Positions 48,446 through 62,900 of a stretch of DNA of 64,000 nt are shown piece by piece (position 1 is the stretch's first letter; the number at the start of each line of letters is the position of its first letter). Below the pieces are notes generated by a model. It had not been told where the DNA came from, did no database searches, and worked only from the letters and a program-made list of their open reading frames with translations. The stretch comes from Bugula neritina (lineage: Eukaryota; Animalia; Bryozoa). The translations under genes and the position numbers were made by a program. Location of the stretch: NCBI GenBank assembly GCA_964035545.1, contig OZ037769.1, positions 14,600,633-14,664,632 of the forward strand. Reading direction: 5' to 3'.

Positions 48446-50481
48446 CTTGATATTTTATTATTTCTACTCAATCCTGATAAAATAATAAAATACTCTAAAA
48501 GATATCATGGCCAATAAACAGAAGTACTAAATTAAAAGTGAAAACGCTTTAGAAAAACTTGGAAATATTAAAATATAGGATTAAGTTGTAGCTTAAAAAG
48601 CCATGGAATTGGTACAAGCAAAATTAAAAATCAAAATACACAACATAAAAACCAGCTATAATTTGGTTGCTGAAAGCTTTGAGGATGAGAAAGCATTGGA
48701 AAAGCAGCAACTGATAGACATATCTTATAAATTATTGCTTGAAATTTATTGCTAATGTTTGTGCAACTGGGTGGAAATATATATAGGTATATATATATAC
48801 CTATTTCAACATCACCAAAAACCTATAGAATAAATCTCTCTCTATTATTCAAAGTGACAATAGGAATCTTAATAAACCCTTTAAAAATCCTAGATACATA
48901 AAACAATAATGGCAAACATTTATATTTTTTAACCTTGAGTTCTTTTAAATTTAAGAATAATTTTTAATATAACTTAACGCCATAAAATACTTTATGTAGA
49001 CAGATGTCTATAATGCTTACCCAACTGTTAGTTCACCTCAAACATCAACTAAGTTCTAAAAATACTCTTGTTAATAGATAACTTTTGGTGCCTTATTAAT
49101 ATATCTTATAATTCATTATAATCTATTATTAAAATAAGTAAAAGTCAAGTTCTAAAACAATAATGATGTTAAATATCAACTGACTGTAAAAATGTGTCGA
49201 CGTGAATTTCATAAAACAGTCGACATAAGTGGAAAACTATCTTGTATATATAATTATATATATCAGTTACCAAATATAATTTTTTTTGTTTGGTAAGACT
49301 ATAAATACAAGTGTTAGATAAGTATTCAACTAAAAATATTAATTTAAAATCATATTGACCATTTAGTATTTATTGATTTTATTTCAATATATGTTATGTG
49401 TGAGAATAACAGTTTAGTTACTGTTTTATATATAGTTCCATACTAAAGACCTGCAGCCTCATGATTGTGAGAATGACACGAAATTCATGTGATGATTTTA
49501 GTGAGTTATCTTCTCGTTGTGACCTTGCTTTGCTCCTGATATTTTTACCAGGGTTACTTTAAACAAAAACCAACTAATGCAAAGGACTTCAAATATATTA
49601 GCTTGTTTATAACCTATACTCTGCAGAATTTTAAAACTGTTCTTGAGAATTTGTGCTTTAAATTTTACTCGTATATAATAGTGTTTTGCTTTATATTCTT
49701 GAACAATTAATCAGCTTTTACAACATTTCTTCAAAACCTTTCTATTGCACCTCTCCCCATGTAGCATTTTACTAGTGCTAATTTATACCTTTATATTAGC
49801 CTTTTAAACATATTAGGATAAATCTCTTCTGATAAATCATTCCTAAAATTTTAAAAATTACCATGCATTGAGGCTTTTGTTACTAAAATTTGAGACATTA
49901 TGTAATGGTATTTCTACATTATTATGCCACTTAATTGTACAACCTGAATACATAACATCTTTACACAAACCCATATAAATTGTGTATTAGATATTAAAGT
50001 ATACGAACATAATTTATTATATATAAGAATGATCAAAATTATACAATTACTAACAATAAAACTTACAATACTATAAATGAATAACTGAAAACTCTTTGTT
50101 TCGGCGTTAATGATACATTAATAAAAACAGTTTTCCATGCACTGACCAAAGCAATAATTAGACCATTACCATTGACCACAAACGTATTAAAACAATAATC
50201 TAAATGTTGATGTTAAAAGTTATTCCAAATACATTAAACTAATTAGTTTGTCTCACTAATTGGTTGGTAAAACAAATGTAGTTTTGCTAAATTTTGTGGA
50301 TCATATTTCATGGTTTAATGGTGTTTCTTCTCTCCCCTCTCCTATGTAATGTTGTATATAATTATAGTTGAATTAGAATTGTGTCCCAAAGTTTTCACAA
50401 GTTTGCATTTGCATTTTCCATGCTATACTTTCAGATAACAGTATGTCTGCTTTCTCTGAAAGTCTGGCCACATATTTCACA

Positions 50482-52751
50482 TTATTCTCTAGAGTGTAAT
50501 TTCATGTGCTTAGTTAGATTTTGTTTTGTGATAAAAGTCTTGCTACAAGTTGCACATCTGTATGGCTTTTCTCCAGTATGAGTTCTCATATGAACAACTA
50601 GTTGTCCTTTTCGACTAAAGGTTTTGCCACAAACTTCACAACTGTATGGTTTCTCTTCACTGTGTGTCCTTATATGAAGAGGTAGAGTACTACTTTGTTG
50701 AAAAGTTTTATCGCATACTTTGCACCTGTATGGTCTTTCTCTAGTGTGAGTTCTCATATGAACAATTAGATGTCCTTTGTGGCTAAAATTCTTCCCACAT
50801 GTTTCACATCTGTAAGGTTTTTCTTCACTGTGTATCCTTATATGAACCAATAGATTGCTACTTTGTATGAAAGTTTTGTCACATATTTTGCATTTGCTGT
50901 GAGGTTTTTCTCCAGTGTGAGTTTTTATGTGAAGAGTTAGGTGAGCTTTTCGTTTAAAAGTATTGCTACAAAATTCACATCTGTAAGGTTTTTCTCCGCT
51001 GTGTATCCTTATATGAACCAATAGAGTGCTACTTTGTATGAAAGTTTTGTCACATATTTTGCATTTGTGAGGTTTTTCTCCAGTGTGAGTTTTTATGTGA
51101 AGAGTTAGGTGAGCTTTTCGTTCAAAATTCTTCCCACATGTTTCACATCTGTAAGGTTTTTCTTCACTGTGTATCCTTATATGAACCAATAGATTGCTAC
51201 TTTGTATGAAAGTTTTGTCACATATTTTGCATTTGCTGTGAGGTTTTTCTCCAGTGTGAGTTTTTATGTGAAGAGTTAGGTGAGCTTTTCGTTTAAAAGT
51301 ATTGCTACAAAATTCACATCTGTAAGGTTTTTCTCCGCTGTGTATCTTTATATGAACCAATAGAGTGCTACTTTGTATGAAAGTTTTGTCACATATTTTG
51401 CATTTGTGAGGTTTTTCTCCAGTGTGAGTTTTTATGTGAAGAGTTAGGTGAGCTTTTCGTTCAAAATTCTTCCCACATGTCTCACATCTGTAAGGTTTTT
51501 TTTCACTGTGTATTCTCATATGAAGAGATAAACTACTTCTCCATGTATATGCTTTGTCACACTTTTCACATTTGTGTGGTTTTTCTCTAGTATGAGTTCT
51601 CATATGGACAGTTAGATCTCCTTTTCGTATAAAAGTTTTATCACAACTTTCACATTTGTAAGGTCTTTCTCCAGTGTGTATTCTCATATGAACAACTAGA
51701 GCTCCTTTGTGGGTAAAAGACTGCCCGCATGTTTCACACCTGCACAGGTTATCTCCACTATGTATTCTCATATGAATAGATAAATTACTTTTTCGTGTAT
51801 ATGCTTTGTCACACTTTTCACATTTGTATGACTTTTCCAAGGTATGTTTTATCACAGGGTGAGTTGGTTCATTCCTGTTTTTAAAAAAGGTGTTCCATGT
51901 TTCAAATTCATAAAAGTTTTCTTCATGGCTTATGTTCATATATTTAGGTAACTGTTGAGATTCTAAAACCTGTTTGCAATGATTTCTGTATGAGTCATTC
52001 TTTTCTAGCACCATGCATATTCTTAAGTGTTCTTCACACTTCACACACCTTATGAGCTCTTTACTATCTCCTTGTGCGTCAAGGCCAAACAACGGATAAA
52101 AGAAGTTGTCCCCACATTCACTGCATCTTTTAAGAGTTTTATTGCCGGGCATTGTAGCATAATTATTTGAAACTGGCGTCTGTGAACAACCTTCTTCTTT
52201 TGTGTCATCTGCTTCAACTTTAAACTCTAAAAGAGGAAATTCCAGATTCTCATCTCTGTCATTATTCTCAAATGCTAAGTCTTGCTCTAGATCTTCAATG
52301 TTAAACATTCAAAATTCACTTAGATAAAATATATAATTGAGCAGCTGTGGTCTAGGAGTTAAGTTGTAGTGTTTGCTTTGTGAAAACGAATTTATGGCTT
52401 TGAACCCTGACAAAAGGCCATTGGTGATGTTAGAAAGAGCATCTAGTCATAATTGCTATTGTGTCTCATTTAAAAAATTTCTTAGCCCATTCTAACAAAG
52501 AGCTTTTTCATCATGTAGGATTCTCACAAGGATAGCGACTATTAAATTTCTTGAGTCTAAAATATAGAAGTTGAGCTATATATAGTAGTTCAAGCAATGC
52601 ATGAGGAGATAAAAACAAATACATGAAAAATTGGTAAGTAAAATACAAACTGTGAAAGTTACTAAAACAACATATCTAAATAGATTTGTCCTTATAACTT
52701 GTTTTATAAACGATAATGGAATGCAATTCTTTACTCACCACTGATAGACAT
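50482..52751 (-). CDS. ZNF8: intact C2H2 zinc-finger protein, 16 fingers (join 52751-52739, 52286-50482)
   Basis: Open ORF; sister of ZNF6 with an expanded finger array. Confidence 0.92.
50785..51462. repeat. Intragenic 339-bp tandem duplication (4 fingers)
   Basis: 50785-51123 and 51124-51462 are nearly identical, and both carry the unusual TGEKPHSKC linker. Confidence 0.9.
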
Positions 52752-52899
52752 CTTGAAATTTTAGTATTTCTATACTCAACTAAATAAAATAATAAAATAC
52801 TCTAGAAAATATTACGTCTAATAAACAGAAGTACTAAATTAAAAGTTCTAAAGTTTAAGAAAATCTCTTAAATCTCAAAATTGGGAATAATAGCTTAAA

Positions 52900-55800
52900 A
52901 AGCTATAAAATTGGTACTAGCAAAATTTAAAACTCATGATGAAAATATAAAGACTTGCTATTTGGTTGCTGAAAGCTTTGAGGATGAGATTAAGCAGGGC
53001 AAGGATTATTATAGCTAGTTATAGATCTATTAAAAACATATAATGATATATAAACAATGAATGCTCATTCACAAAAGCTTTTTTGATCTTTTTATTTAAC
53101 ATATTATAGAAAATTGTAATGAAACAACAGATATTTTTGTATTTCATGTTTCCAGTGTAGGTTGCATTAATTGTTTTTTTTTCCAGATATAAAATAGTTA
53201 ACTATTAACAGACCAATTCTCTTCAAAATTTCTTCGTGATATAGTCAGTATCAAATTTAAAAAATATTTCTAATGCAAACATAACAATTAGCATGCCATA
53301 GTTTGCAGTTTTAATTTTTGCTGTTTCAGGTCTATAATGTCTAGAATACAAGCATTATTTTAAATCAGTATAAACCACATCATTATTCAAATTAAGTTAG
53401 ATCTGATGGAAAGATGCAAAAACTGCCAATATTTAATAAAATTAAACTTCATTTGAAAACATAAACGATCTCTATAAAACCCAAGACTCATCAATTGGCT
53501 GCAGTAATGATTGCCTCAATGCATGCATATATACCACAACATGATATATAGCTTTTTAGACACAACTTAAAGTTTTCAGTTATTTTCAGCTTCAACATAA
53601 ATTTTGATGGCTATTCATGATTATTAAAATTATTTTGTATAATATATTATGATTATTTAGCATACTTTAAGTATCTATTTATGCTGACATTGTTTTTAAT
53701 TATTGTCAGCATTTGAGTTATTTAAAAAATCTTCTCACAAAATAATGACATCACTATTAAATATTTGAAGCCACTGTTTAGTCACAAATCTTTCTGCAAG
53801 ATAAGAAAACAGGCATGATTTTTGCAGACAGTTAACTCAGAGTTGGTTCACTTTCTGCTGAGTTTGTTTCTATAATCGTAAGTAAATTCAATGTATGTAG
53901 ATGGTATAATATAATATGTTTTAACATATAATATACTTAATTTCCACTTGTATACTGTATTTGGTCGTACATCAATCCTAAATGAATGAAATGAATTTTC
54001 AGCTTAATTAGTTTTTAATTTATGTTTAAGTATTCTGATTAGATAAAGTTATCTTTCCATCAGCATGTTTAAAATTAGTTTTGCATTGAAATTTACTCGT
54101 AATTTTACTGCAAGAAAATATTTGAATTCTTTACCTATACAGATTTTATAGCAAGTGTTGCTGTAGCATCTTTCTCGATGCAAGAGAATTGATGTCACAT
54201 CACCCAGAGATTCATTTTGATTTACATGGTTGAATGACTAGACTATGAATTGTGTCTCTTTTTTTGTACTTCTCAGTCATGAGTGTAGCTTCTGGTAAGT
54301 GATGGTTTTGTACAAACTTCATGTAAACAAGATAACTGTAATTATTACTTTAGTTTAATATTATAATAGTCCGCTTGTATATGCAACATGGTCTAGACTC
54401 TAGTACAACTATATATATACTATTGCTTCTGCTGACCAATTTTACTGTAGTTTTCAACTTTTACTTGTTCGTTAGTATTTAAAATACCTATAAATAATAC
54501 TAATGCATTTACTTCTGACATATTCAATTACTTTAGAGGAAAAATTATGGTAAACTAATTTACTCTATTTGCCTCAACTACTTGCTATAAGTGAAACATT
54601 CTTCTGAATGCTAACTCAACAGAAAATATAATTTCTTTTTAATTTAACTTTTTTACTTACATGTAATGAAATCAGTATGATTATCATTATTTACCATGCA
54701 AATGTTTTTTAAGCTTCACATCTATAAGATCATGTTAAAAGAAACTATAACAACCAGTTTGTTGAATTGAAAGTTTTCCTTAAGCTTTGGAACTATATCG
54801 AAAAATACTTTTAAACATATAATAATGCTAATATAGTATAGGTTTAGGTTTAGGAAGAAAACACTGCAATCTTTGAACAATTAACAATTAAGCCATAATT
54901 CAGTCGATTAAATATAATTATAAATATAGAAACCATAAAATTCAATAGCAAATTTACTAAACTAAAACATTCAACTATGGAAACAATGACTACACAAAAA
55001 TTAATGACATCATAATTATATGAACTAAATTTAATTTGAAATGATTTATCGAAATAAAGGTTTGTAATTTTTTCCCTGCCTTACCAAAAAACTAGCATTT
55101 GATGTTTAATATTGATTTTAATGACTGAATATTTTACAGGCAGCCATTATAGTCAGAAAAACTACTAATGTTGATATCAAATTATCTTTAAAGAATGTCA
55201 ACAGAAACTATCCAAAATCTGATTGACCAAAACAGCATCATGGGGTTTCCTGTTTATAAACCATAAGGGACATCTTGTAAGACACGAAGTAACAATTTCA
55301 ATCCTGTTACAGCTACTATAAAAACACTTCATTACAGGAACACCAAGTTTGTGTAATGAAACAAACTAACAGAGTTACATGACATTAAATAACAAGTGTA
55401 TATTCTGCGGTGGTGAATGCCAGTAGAAATGGTCTGTCTTAAAGTATAGCCAAGATCTTATTGGCTATATAAGAAAAATTTATTGCTAAACAGAATTTCT
55501 TATAGACTGCATACCCTAAGACAGTGACAGTTAAACCAGCTGCAGCAGCTCTTCCAACTTTCTTCATAGTGCTGAGATTTTACATGTTACTAACTAAACT
55601 GAGCTGAGGCAAACATGTGCAAATGCATCCTTTCTATATCAAATATGTAATACAAAGAATTTCTACATATCATAGGTATGCTGTAATTATACCTCTTTTT
55701 TTGCTTGAATTAATGAAATGAATCAGTAGTTATGATCGTTATTGGCTAATTTTTCACCTTCTAATAAAACTATTCTTTTTTATGATCTACTAAAGTGACT

Positions 55801-56540
55801 TAAAAAGAGAATGTTAATATGTTGATATTTCAAAAATTATTATTTCTTAAAAGATATTTATTTTTATTGATTTGCAAGAAAAAGCTGTATTCAATTTTAT
55901 TTGAGGAAATTTATCAGTATGTTTCTATCAACTCATTTTTGTGGGAAGACTCCAGACTGGTGTATCTCCTCTGGCAGAGTAGTGAATATATATATACCAC
56001 TTAGTCATACATCTTGTCGGCCAGCAATTACCGGTCTACCCTCTTCCCACAATTTCCAATGCAGTTGTCTTCTATTTAAGGCCTGCAGTCTGTATACGCA
56101 TTCACAGTTTAATTAACATTTATTTAATATAGGCATGTATAAAATATTCAAAATAGTATTCAATGCTATAAATGCTATTCACTGCCTAATATTTAATATG
56201 AAAGTTGATGAATATTTTATGCATGCCAATAAGTGGTGCTATATTCTTGTTAGTCCCAAATATAATTATTTTAATGGTTCACACTTCATTGAAGTGAGCA
56301 TCATATGGCTTTATGTACCATATTTTATCCTTAAGATTTATCTTGACTTTGATTAAATTTGGTCAACTTTCTATATTACACTGCAAGCTCCCACTCTCTT
56401 AAAATAAAAATTGTCTTTAAAACAAATAAAGTTTTAATATACTGTGGAGGTCATATAATGAGAACCTTTTCAATATATATAAACATATAAACATCTACAT
56501 TACACTCTCAGATTATATTTTGCAGTAAGTTATACCCAAA
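52900..56540 (-). pseudogene. Decayed unknown gene(s), copy 3
   Basis: Homologous to copies 1 and 2. Retains an extra upstream segment (56230-56540) that is also present in copy 4. Confidence 0.5.
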
Positions 56541-56748
56541 TTCAATTTTTTTTGTTATTTCAAAAAGGGTCATTGCAAATGAAATGCGCAGAATTTATAT
56601 TTTGAAAACTGAAAAGTAGTAAAAAATCAATAACTATAATATAATATGCAGTTAATTTCTATTTTTAAGCAACTTTTACTATTATGAAATGATTATATAC
56701 ATAAACCTATATAATAAACACTATCAGAAAAAAATGCATAAAAAAATA

Positions 56749-56777
56749 AGGTCAGGTAGGTCAAAAGTCAAAGGTCA
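56749..56777 (+). promoter_or_regulatory. Four nuclear-receptor half-sites (DR3, DR1, DR1)
   Basis: AGGTCA-GGT-AGGTCA-A-AAGTCA-A-AGGTCA in a spacer paralogous to the 23094 and 26633 sites. Confidence 0.45.
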
Positions 56778-58144
56778 AAAGAATGAAATTGCTACATGTA
56801 AATAATTTCCAAAAATGAATTTAACTGAAGCAAAGAGGCTTAGCTATAGTGTATATTAATATAATAATTTAGTTGAATGCTGTACTGTAAGCTTTTTATT
56901 ATAGGTAAATCATGAGTCTATATGTGCTTCGATGCCAGTCATTATTGCTTTACTATGCAACCACTTAAATAGCCCTTTTGTTAGATGGAAAGACAATTAC
57001 TCCATATATATACTGTCTATAAGCAGTAAATTTAGACTACTATATTATAGATTAATTATCAAATTTTGATTTTCAAAATTACTTTATCCGTTGCTCTGGA
57101 TATTTTTATCAGGGTTAGCTTAAATAACAATTAGCTAATAAACAAGACTTTCAATATTAGCTTTTTTATAACCTACTCCACAGAGGTTTAAAATGTTTTT
57201 TGTCCCTTAAATTTTACCATTATAATAATATTTTGTTCTACATGTTTAGACATGCCCTTCAACATTGAATCTGCTTTTTTAATGTTTCTTCAAAGGCTTT
57301 CTAATGCACCTCCCCCATGTGCACTTTACTATAGTGCCTCTATACACTTCTATTGAACTTTTTTGACATATTAAGGTAAATACTTTCTGTTAAATCATTC
57401 ATAAGAATTTAAAAACTATAACCATGAAGGCTTTTGTTATTAAAATTGGAGACATTATGTAATGCTATTTTTGCGTTATTATGTCACTTTATAGTACAAC
57501 TATAATACGTAACATTTTTGCACAACGTTATATACATTAAATGCATTAAGACATAAAAACAATAATTATGTGCAATTAATTTATTAAATATAAGAATGAT
57601 AAAAAATATACAATTACTAATAATGACATTTAAGATGTCAGATGAATAACTATCAACTGTCTGATTCAGTATATTTATAATTCATTTCTAAAAATAGTTT
57701 TCCATACTTTAAATAATGGTCTTAAAACAAAAGTCTAAATGTTAAGATCAGTTTACGTTAAAGGTCTAAAAGTTATTCTACATAGATTAAACTACTCAGT
57801 TTGTCTCACTAAATGGTTGTTGAAGCAGATATAATTTTGCTGAATGTTTTTAATAATACTTCATGTTTTATTGAGATTTCCACAATATGCAATTTTACAT
57901 AGCTAAATTTGAATTGGGTCCTAGAGGGTTTACAAGTTTACATTTGCATTTTTCATGCTGCGCTTTTATACAACAGTCTGGCCACATATTTCACATTATT
58001 TTCTCATAGAGTGTACTTTCATGTAGTTAGTTAGAATTTGTTTTCTGGTAAAAGTCGTAATAAAAGTTGCACAACTGTATGGCCTTTCTACAGTAGCCGT
58101 CGGTTTTGTCTAAAAGGTTGACGACATTTTTCACACCTGTAAGG

Positions 58145-59840
58145 TTACTCTCCACTGTGAATTCTTGTATGAATAGATAAATTGGCCATTTGTCTAAAAG
58201 TCTTGCCACAACTTTCACATCTATATGGCGTTTCTCCACTGTGTGTCCTCATGTGGATAGATAAAGTATTAGTTTGTCGAAAAGTCTTATCACATACTTT
58301 GCATTTGTAAGGCTTTTCCCCAGTGTGTATTCTCATATGAACAGTTAAAGCTCCTTTGTGTCTAAAAGTTTTTCCACATGTTTCACATCTGTAAGGCTTC
58401 TCTCCACTGTGTACTCTCATATGAGTGGCAAGAGCTCTTTTTTGTCTAAAAGTTTTACCACAACTTTCACATCCGTAAGGTTTTTCCCCAGTGTGAATTC
58501 TTATATGACTCAATAGAGTGCTTTTCTGTGTGAAAGTCTTATCACATAACTTGCATTTGTAAGGTTTTTCTCCACTGTGTATTCTCATATGAATAGATAA
58601 ACTACTTCTCTGTGTATATGCTTTGTCACACTTTTCACATTTGTATGGCTTTTCTCCAGTATGAGTTCTCATATGAACAATTAGATCTCCTTTTTGTATA
58701 AAGGTTTTACCACAACTTTCACATTTGTATGGTCTTTCCCCAGTATGTATTCTCATATGAATATTTAGAGTTCCTTTGTGGCTAAAAGTCTTGCCACATG
58801 TTTCACATCTGTAAGGTTTCTCTCCACCGTGTATTCTCATATAAATAGACAAACTACTTCTCTGTGTATATGCTTTGTCACACTTTTCACATTTGTATGA
58901 CTTTTCCAAATTGTGTTTTTTCATGGAGTTAGTTGGTGAGTCCCTGTTTTTGAAGATTGTGTTCCATATTTGAAATTCATAAAAGTTTTCTTCATGGTCA
59001 ATGTTCATATATTCAAGTAATTCCTGAGATTGTGAACCCTGTTTGCAATGATTTCTGTATGAGTCGTTTTTTTCTAGCTCCATGAGTGTTCTAACGTATT
59101 CTTCACACTTTGCACATCTTTTGGGCTCTCTACTATCGCCTTGTGTGTCAAGGCCAAACAAAGAATAAAATAAGTTGTCCCCACATTCGTTACATCTTTG
59201 AAGATGTTGATTGCTGTGCATTGTAGGATAGTTATTTGAAACTGGCGTCTGTAAACAACCTTCTTCTTTTGTGTCATCTGCTTCAACTTTAAACTCTAAA
59301 AGAGGAGATTCTAGATTCTCACCTCTCTCTCTATTCTCAGATGCTAAGTCTTGCTCTGGAATATTAATAGGAAACATTTACACTTTGCTGAGATAAAATA
59401 TATAATTGAGCAGCTGTGGTCTAGGGGTTGAAATGTTTGCTTTGTAAAAACGAATTCATGACTTTGAACCCTGACAAAGGCCATTGGTGATGCTAGGAAA
59501 AGCATCTTATAGTCACAATTGCTCTTGTGTCTCATGCAATTAAAAAAAGTTCTTAGCCCGTTCTAACAAAGAACCTTTTCAACATACAGGATTCTCAAAA
59601 GGATAGCAACTATCAACTTTCTTGAGTTTAAATATAAATGTTTTGGTATATATATATATATATATATAGTAGTGCAAGCAATGCATGGCGAAAGCAGGAG
59701 AAATACATGCAAAAATGGTGAATTAGAAACAAACTGTAAATTTACTAAAATAAAATGTCTTAAGAGATTTCTAAATTGAATCAAATTGTTTTATAAAAGG
59801 CAATATAGAAAGCAATTCTTTACTCACCACTGATAGACAT
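58145..59840 (-). CDS. ZNF9: C2H2 zinc-finger protein, 9 fingers, C-terminally truncated by a nonsense change (join 59840-59828, 59355-58145)
   Basis: Linker GEK has become GE*. Decayed fingers 10-11 continue to about 57997. Finger 1 has His replaced by Tyr. Confidence 0.85.
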
Positions 59841-59999
59841 CTTGCAGATTTTAGTATTTTCTATACTCAACTGAATAAAATAATAAAATACTCTAAAAAA
59901 TTTTCTGTCTAGTAAACAGAAGTACTAAATCAAAAGTTCTAAAGCTTTAAAAAAACTTAGAAATCTCAAAATAAGGAGTTATAGCTTAAAAGCCATAGA

Positions 60000-62900
60000 A
60001 TTGTTTCTAGTAAAATTTAAAACCCATGATGGAAAGATAAAGACTGGCTATTTAGTTGCTGAAAGCTTTGAGGATTAGAAGGTATTGGGAAGCAGTAATT
60101 GATGAACATATCTTATAAATTATTCCTTGTAATTTGGTGAAGGTAAAGCCTGTCAGTTAAAGTCTTCAAACAGATTCTAGTATGTTTTTATATGCTCATT
60201 GTACAAGACTCCATACGCAATATGACATGCAGCATCAGTAGCTCAAGGATTATATAGTTAGTAGACACATTAAAAACATTTTATGCTATATAAACAATGA
60301 ATTATACAAGCTTTTCTTGATCTTTTTTCTAACATTTTAAAAACTGGGAGCTGAAAAAAAATTTTTTTTTTCCTTTTTTTCAGTGTAAGTTGAAATACTT
60401 GTATTTTTTCAGATATAAGATAGTGAACTATAATAACAAAACAATTCTTTCCAAATTTTTTTTGGATATATATATAATCAGTATCAGAATTCAAAAAATA
60501 TTCCTACTGCAATCATGACAAGTATATTACCATATTTTGCAACTTCGATTTTTGCTGTTTCAGGTTTATGTTCAGAGTACAAGCTATGTTTTAAATTAGT
60601 AGAGCTCATTATGGTTCAAATTAAGTTAGATATGATGGAAAGATGCAAAACCTGCTATAATATATATATATATATATATATAATTGAAGTGAATTTTATT
60701 TCAAAAACTCAACACTTTTAAATTGACAACATTAATTATATTGCCTTAATGCATATACTATAATATATGACAGATTTGGTGGAGGAGGGGGGGGGAAATT
60801 TGTGTTTTCATTTATTTTCAGCTTCAACATAAATTCCTATGACCATTCATGATTATTAAAATTATTTTATATACTTAATATACTATGATATTATTTAGAC
60901 AACTTTAGGTATTTATTTATGCTGACTTTGTTTTCAATGATTGTCAGCATTAAAGTTATTTAAAGAATCTTATTGCAAAACAATGACATCACTATTAAAT
61001 ATTTGAAGCCACTCTTTGGTCACAAATCTCTCTGCAGGATATGAAAACAGACGTGAATCTTGCGGACAGTTTGCTCAGACTTGGTTCACTTTCTGCTGAG
61101 TTTGTTTCTATACTCGTAAGTAAATAATCCACATGTAGATGGTATATAATACGTTTTAACTTCACTACAGATAAAGTCTTACACCTAATTTACACTTGCA
61201 CTGTATTTGGTTGTACATGGATCTTGAGTGAATAAAACAAATTTTCAGTTCTATCAGTTTGTAATTTATGTTCAAATATTCTCATTAGATAAATTTACCT
61301 TTTCATCAGCATGTTCAAAATCAGATTTGCATTGAAATTTACTTGTATTTTTACTGCAAGAAAATATTTGAATATTTACTTATACAGGTTTTAGCAAGAG
61401 TTGCTGTAACATCTTTTTTTATTCAAGACAAGCTGACGGATAACCCAGTGATTCATCTTGATTTACATGATTGAATGATAGACTATAAATTGTGTTCCCT
61501 TTCTTTTACTTCTCAGTCATGAGTGTAGCTTCTGGTAAGTGATGGTTTTGTACAAACTTTATGTAAACAAGATAACTGTAATTATTACTTTAGTTTACTA
61601 ATATAATAATATATAGTCTACTTGTATATGCAGCATGGTCTAGTACAACTATATATATACAATATATAGTACTATATACTATATACTATATATATATAGT
61701 ATATACTTAAGTAGTATATGGTATACTGTATACTATATACTATATACTAAAGTAGTATATTATACTACTTAAGTATATGCAGCATGGTCTAGTACAACTA
61801 TATATATACAATATTCTGCATATACGTACTATTCGTTTTGCTGACCAATGTTACTGTAGTTTTCAACTTATTTTATCTTGTTTATTATTTTTTAAAGTAA
61901 CTATAAATAATACTAATGCATTTGTTTCAATAAATTTATTTTATTTGTCTCAGCTATACTTGCTGTAAGTGAAACATTTTTCTGAATGCTTATAATTCAA
62001 CAGAATATATAATTTCCTTTTAACTCAACTTATTTACTATTTTCAACAATTGAATATTAAGCCAGAATTCAGTTTATTAATTATTTTGTAAAAATTATAG
62101 AATTCTATAATAGATTTACTAAAATAGAATATTCAATAATATAAAAATGACTGCACAAAAATTAATGACATCATAATTTTATGAAGTATATTAAAACTAA
62201 AATATCACGAATAAATGTTTGTAATGTTTGGTTTTTATCCTTTAGCAAAAACTAGCATTTGATGTTTAATATTGATTTTAATGACTAAATATTTTGCAGG
62301 CAGTCATTATAGTCAGAAAAACTGCTGATGTTGACATCAAATTATCCTTGAAGAATGTCAACCGAAGCTTTCCAGAATCTGATTGACCAAAACAGCATCA
62401 TGAGTTTCGCTGTTTAAAAAATAATTATAAGCAAAATCTTGTGAGACAATCAGTAACAATTTCAATCCTGTTACAGTTACTACAGAGGCAATCCATTACA
62501 GGAACACATGGTTTGTGTAATGAAACAAACTGAAAGTGTTATACATAACATTAAATAACAATTGTATATTGTGCGGTGGTGAATGCCAGTAGAAATGGTC
62601 TGTCTAAATGTAGCCAAGATCTTATTGGCTGAGAAAAGTTTATTGCTAAACAGAGTATCTTATAGACTGCATACCCTAAGACAGTGACAGTTAAACCAGC
62701 TGCAGCAGCTATTCCAACTTTCTTCATAGTGCTGAGATTTTACATGTTACTAACTAAACTGAGCTGAGCAAACATGTGTAAATGTATCAAAAATGTATTA
62801 CAAAAATCATTTACATATTATAGGTATGCTATAGTTACCTCTTTTTTGCATGAATAAATGAATTGAATCAGTAGTTATAATCTTTATTGGCCATTTTTTC

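Noticed and set aside
50482-51830. CRISPR-like repeat-spacer array
   Set aside because: The 84-bp periodicity is the coding repeat of C2H2 fingers in a eukaryotic gene.
40971-52751. KRAB, SCAN, BTB, ZAD or PRDM9 (SET) assignment
   Set aside because: No such motifs are visible. The CxxC spacing (22 residues) is much shorter than in ZAD, and the start exon encodes only MSIS.
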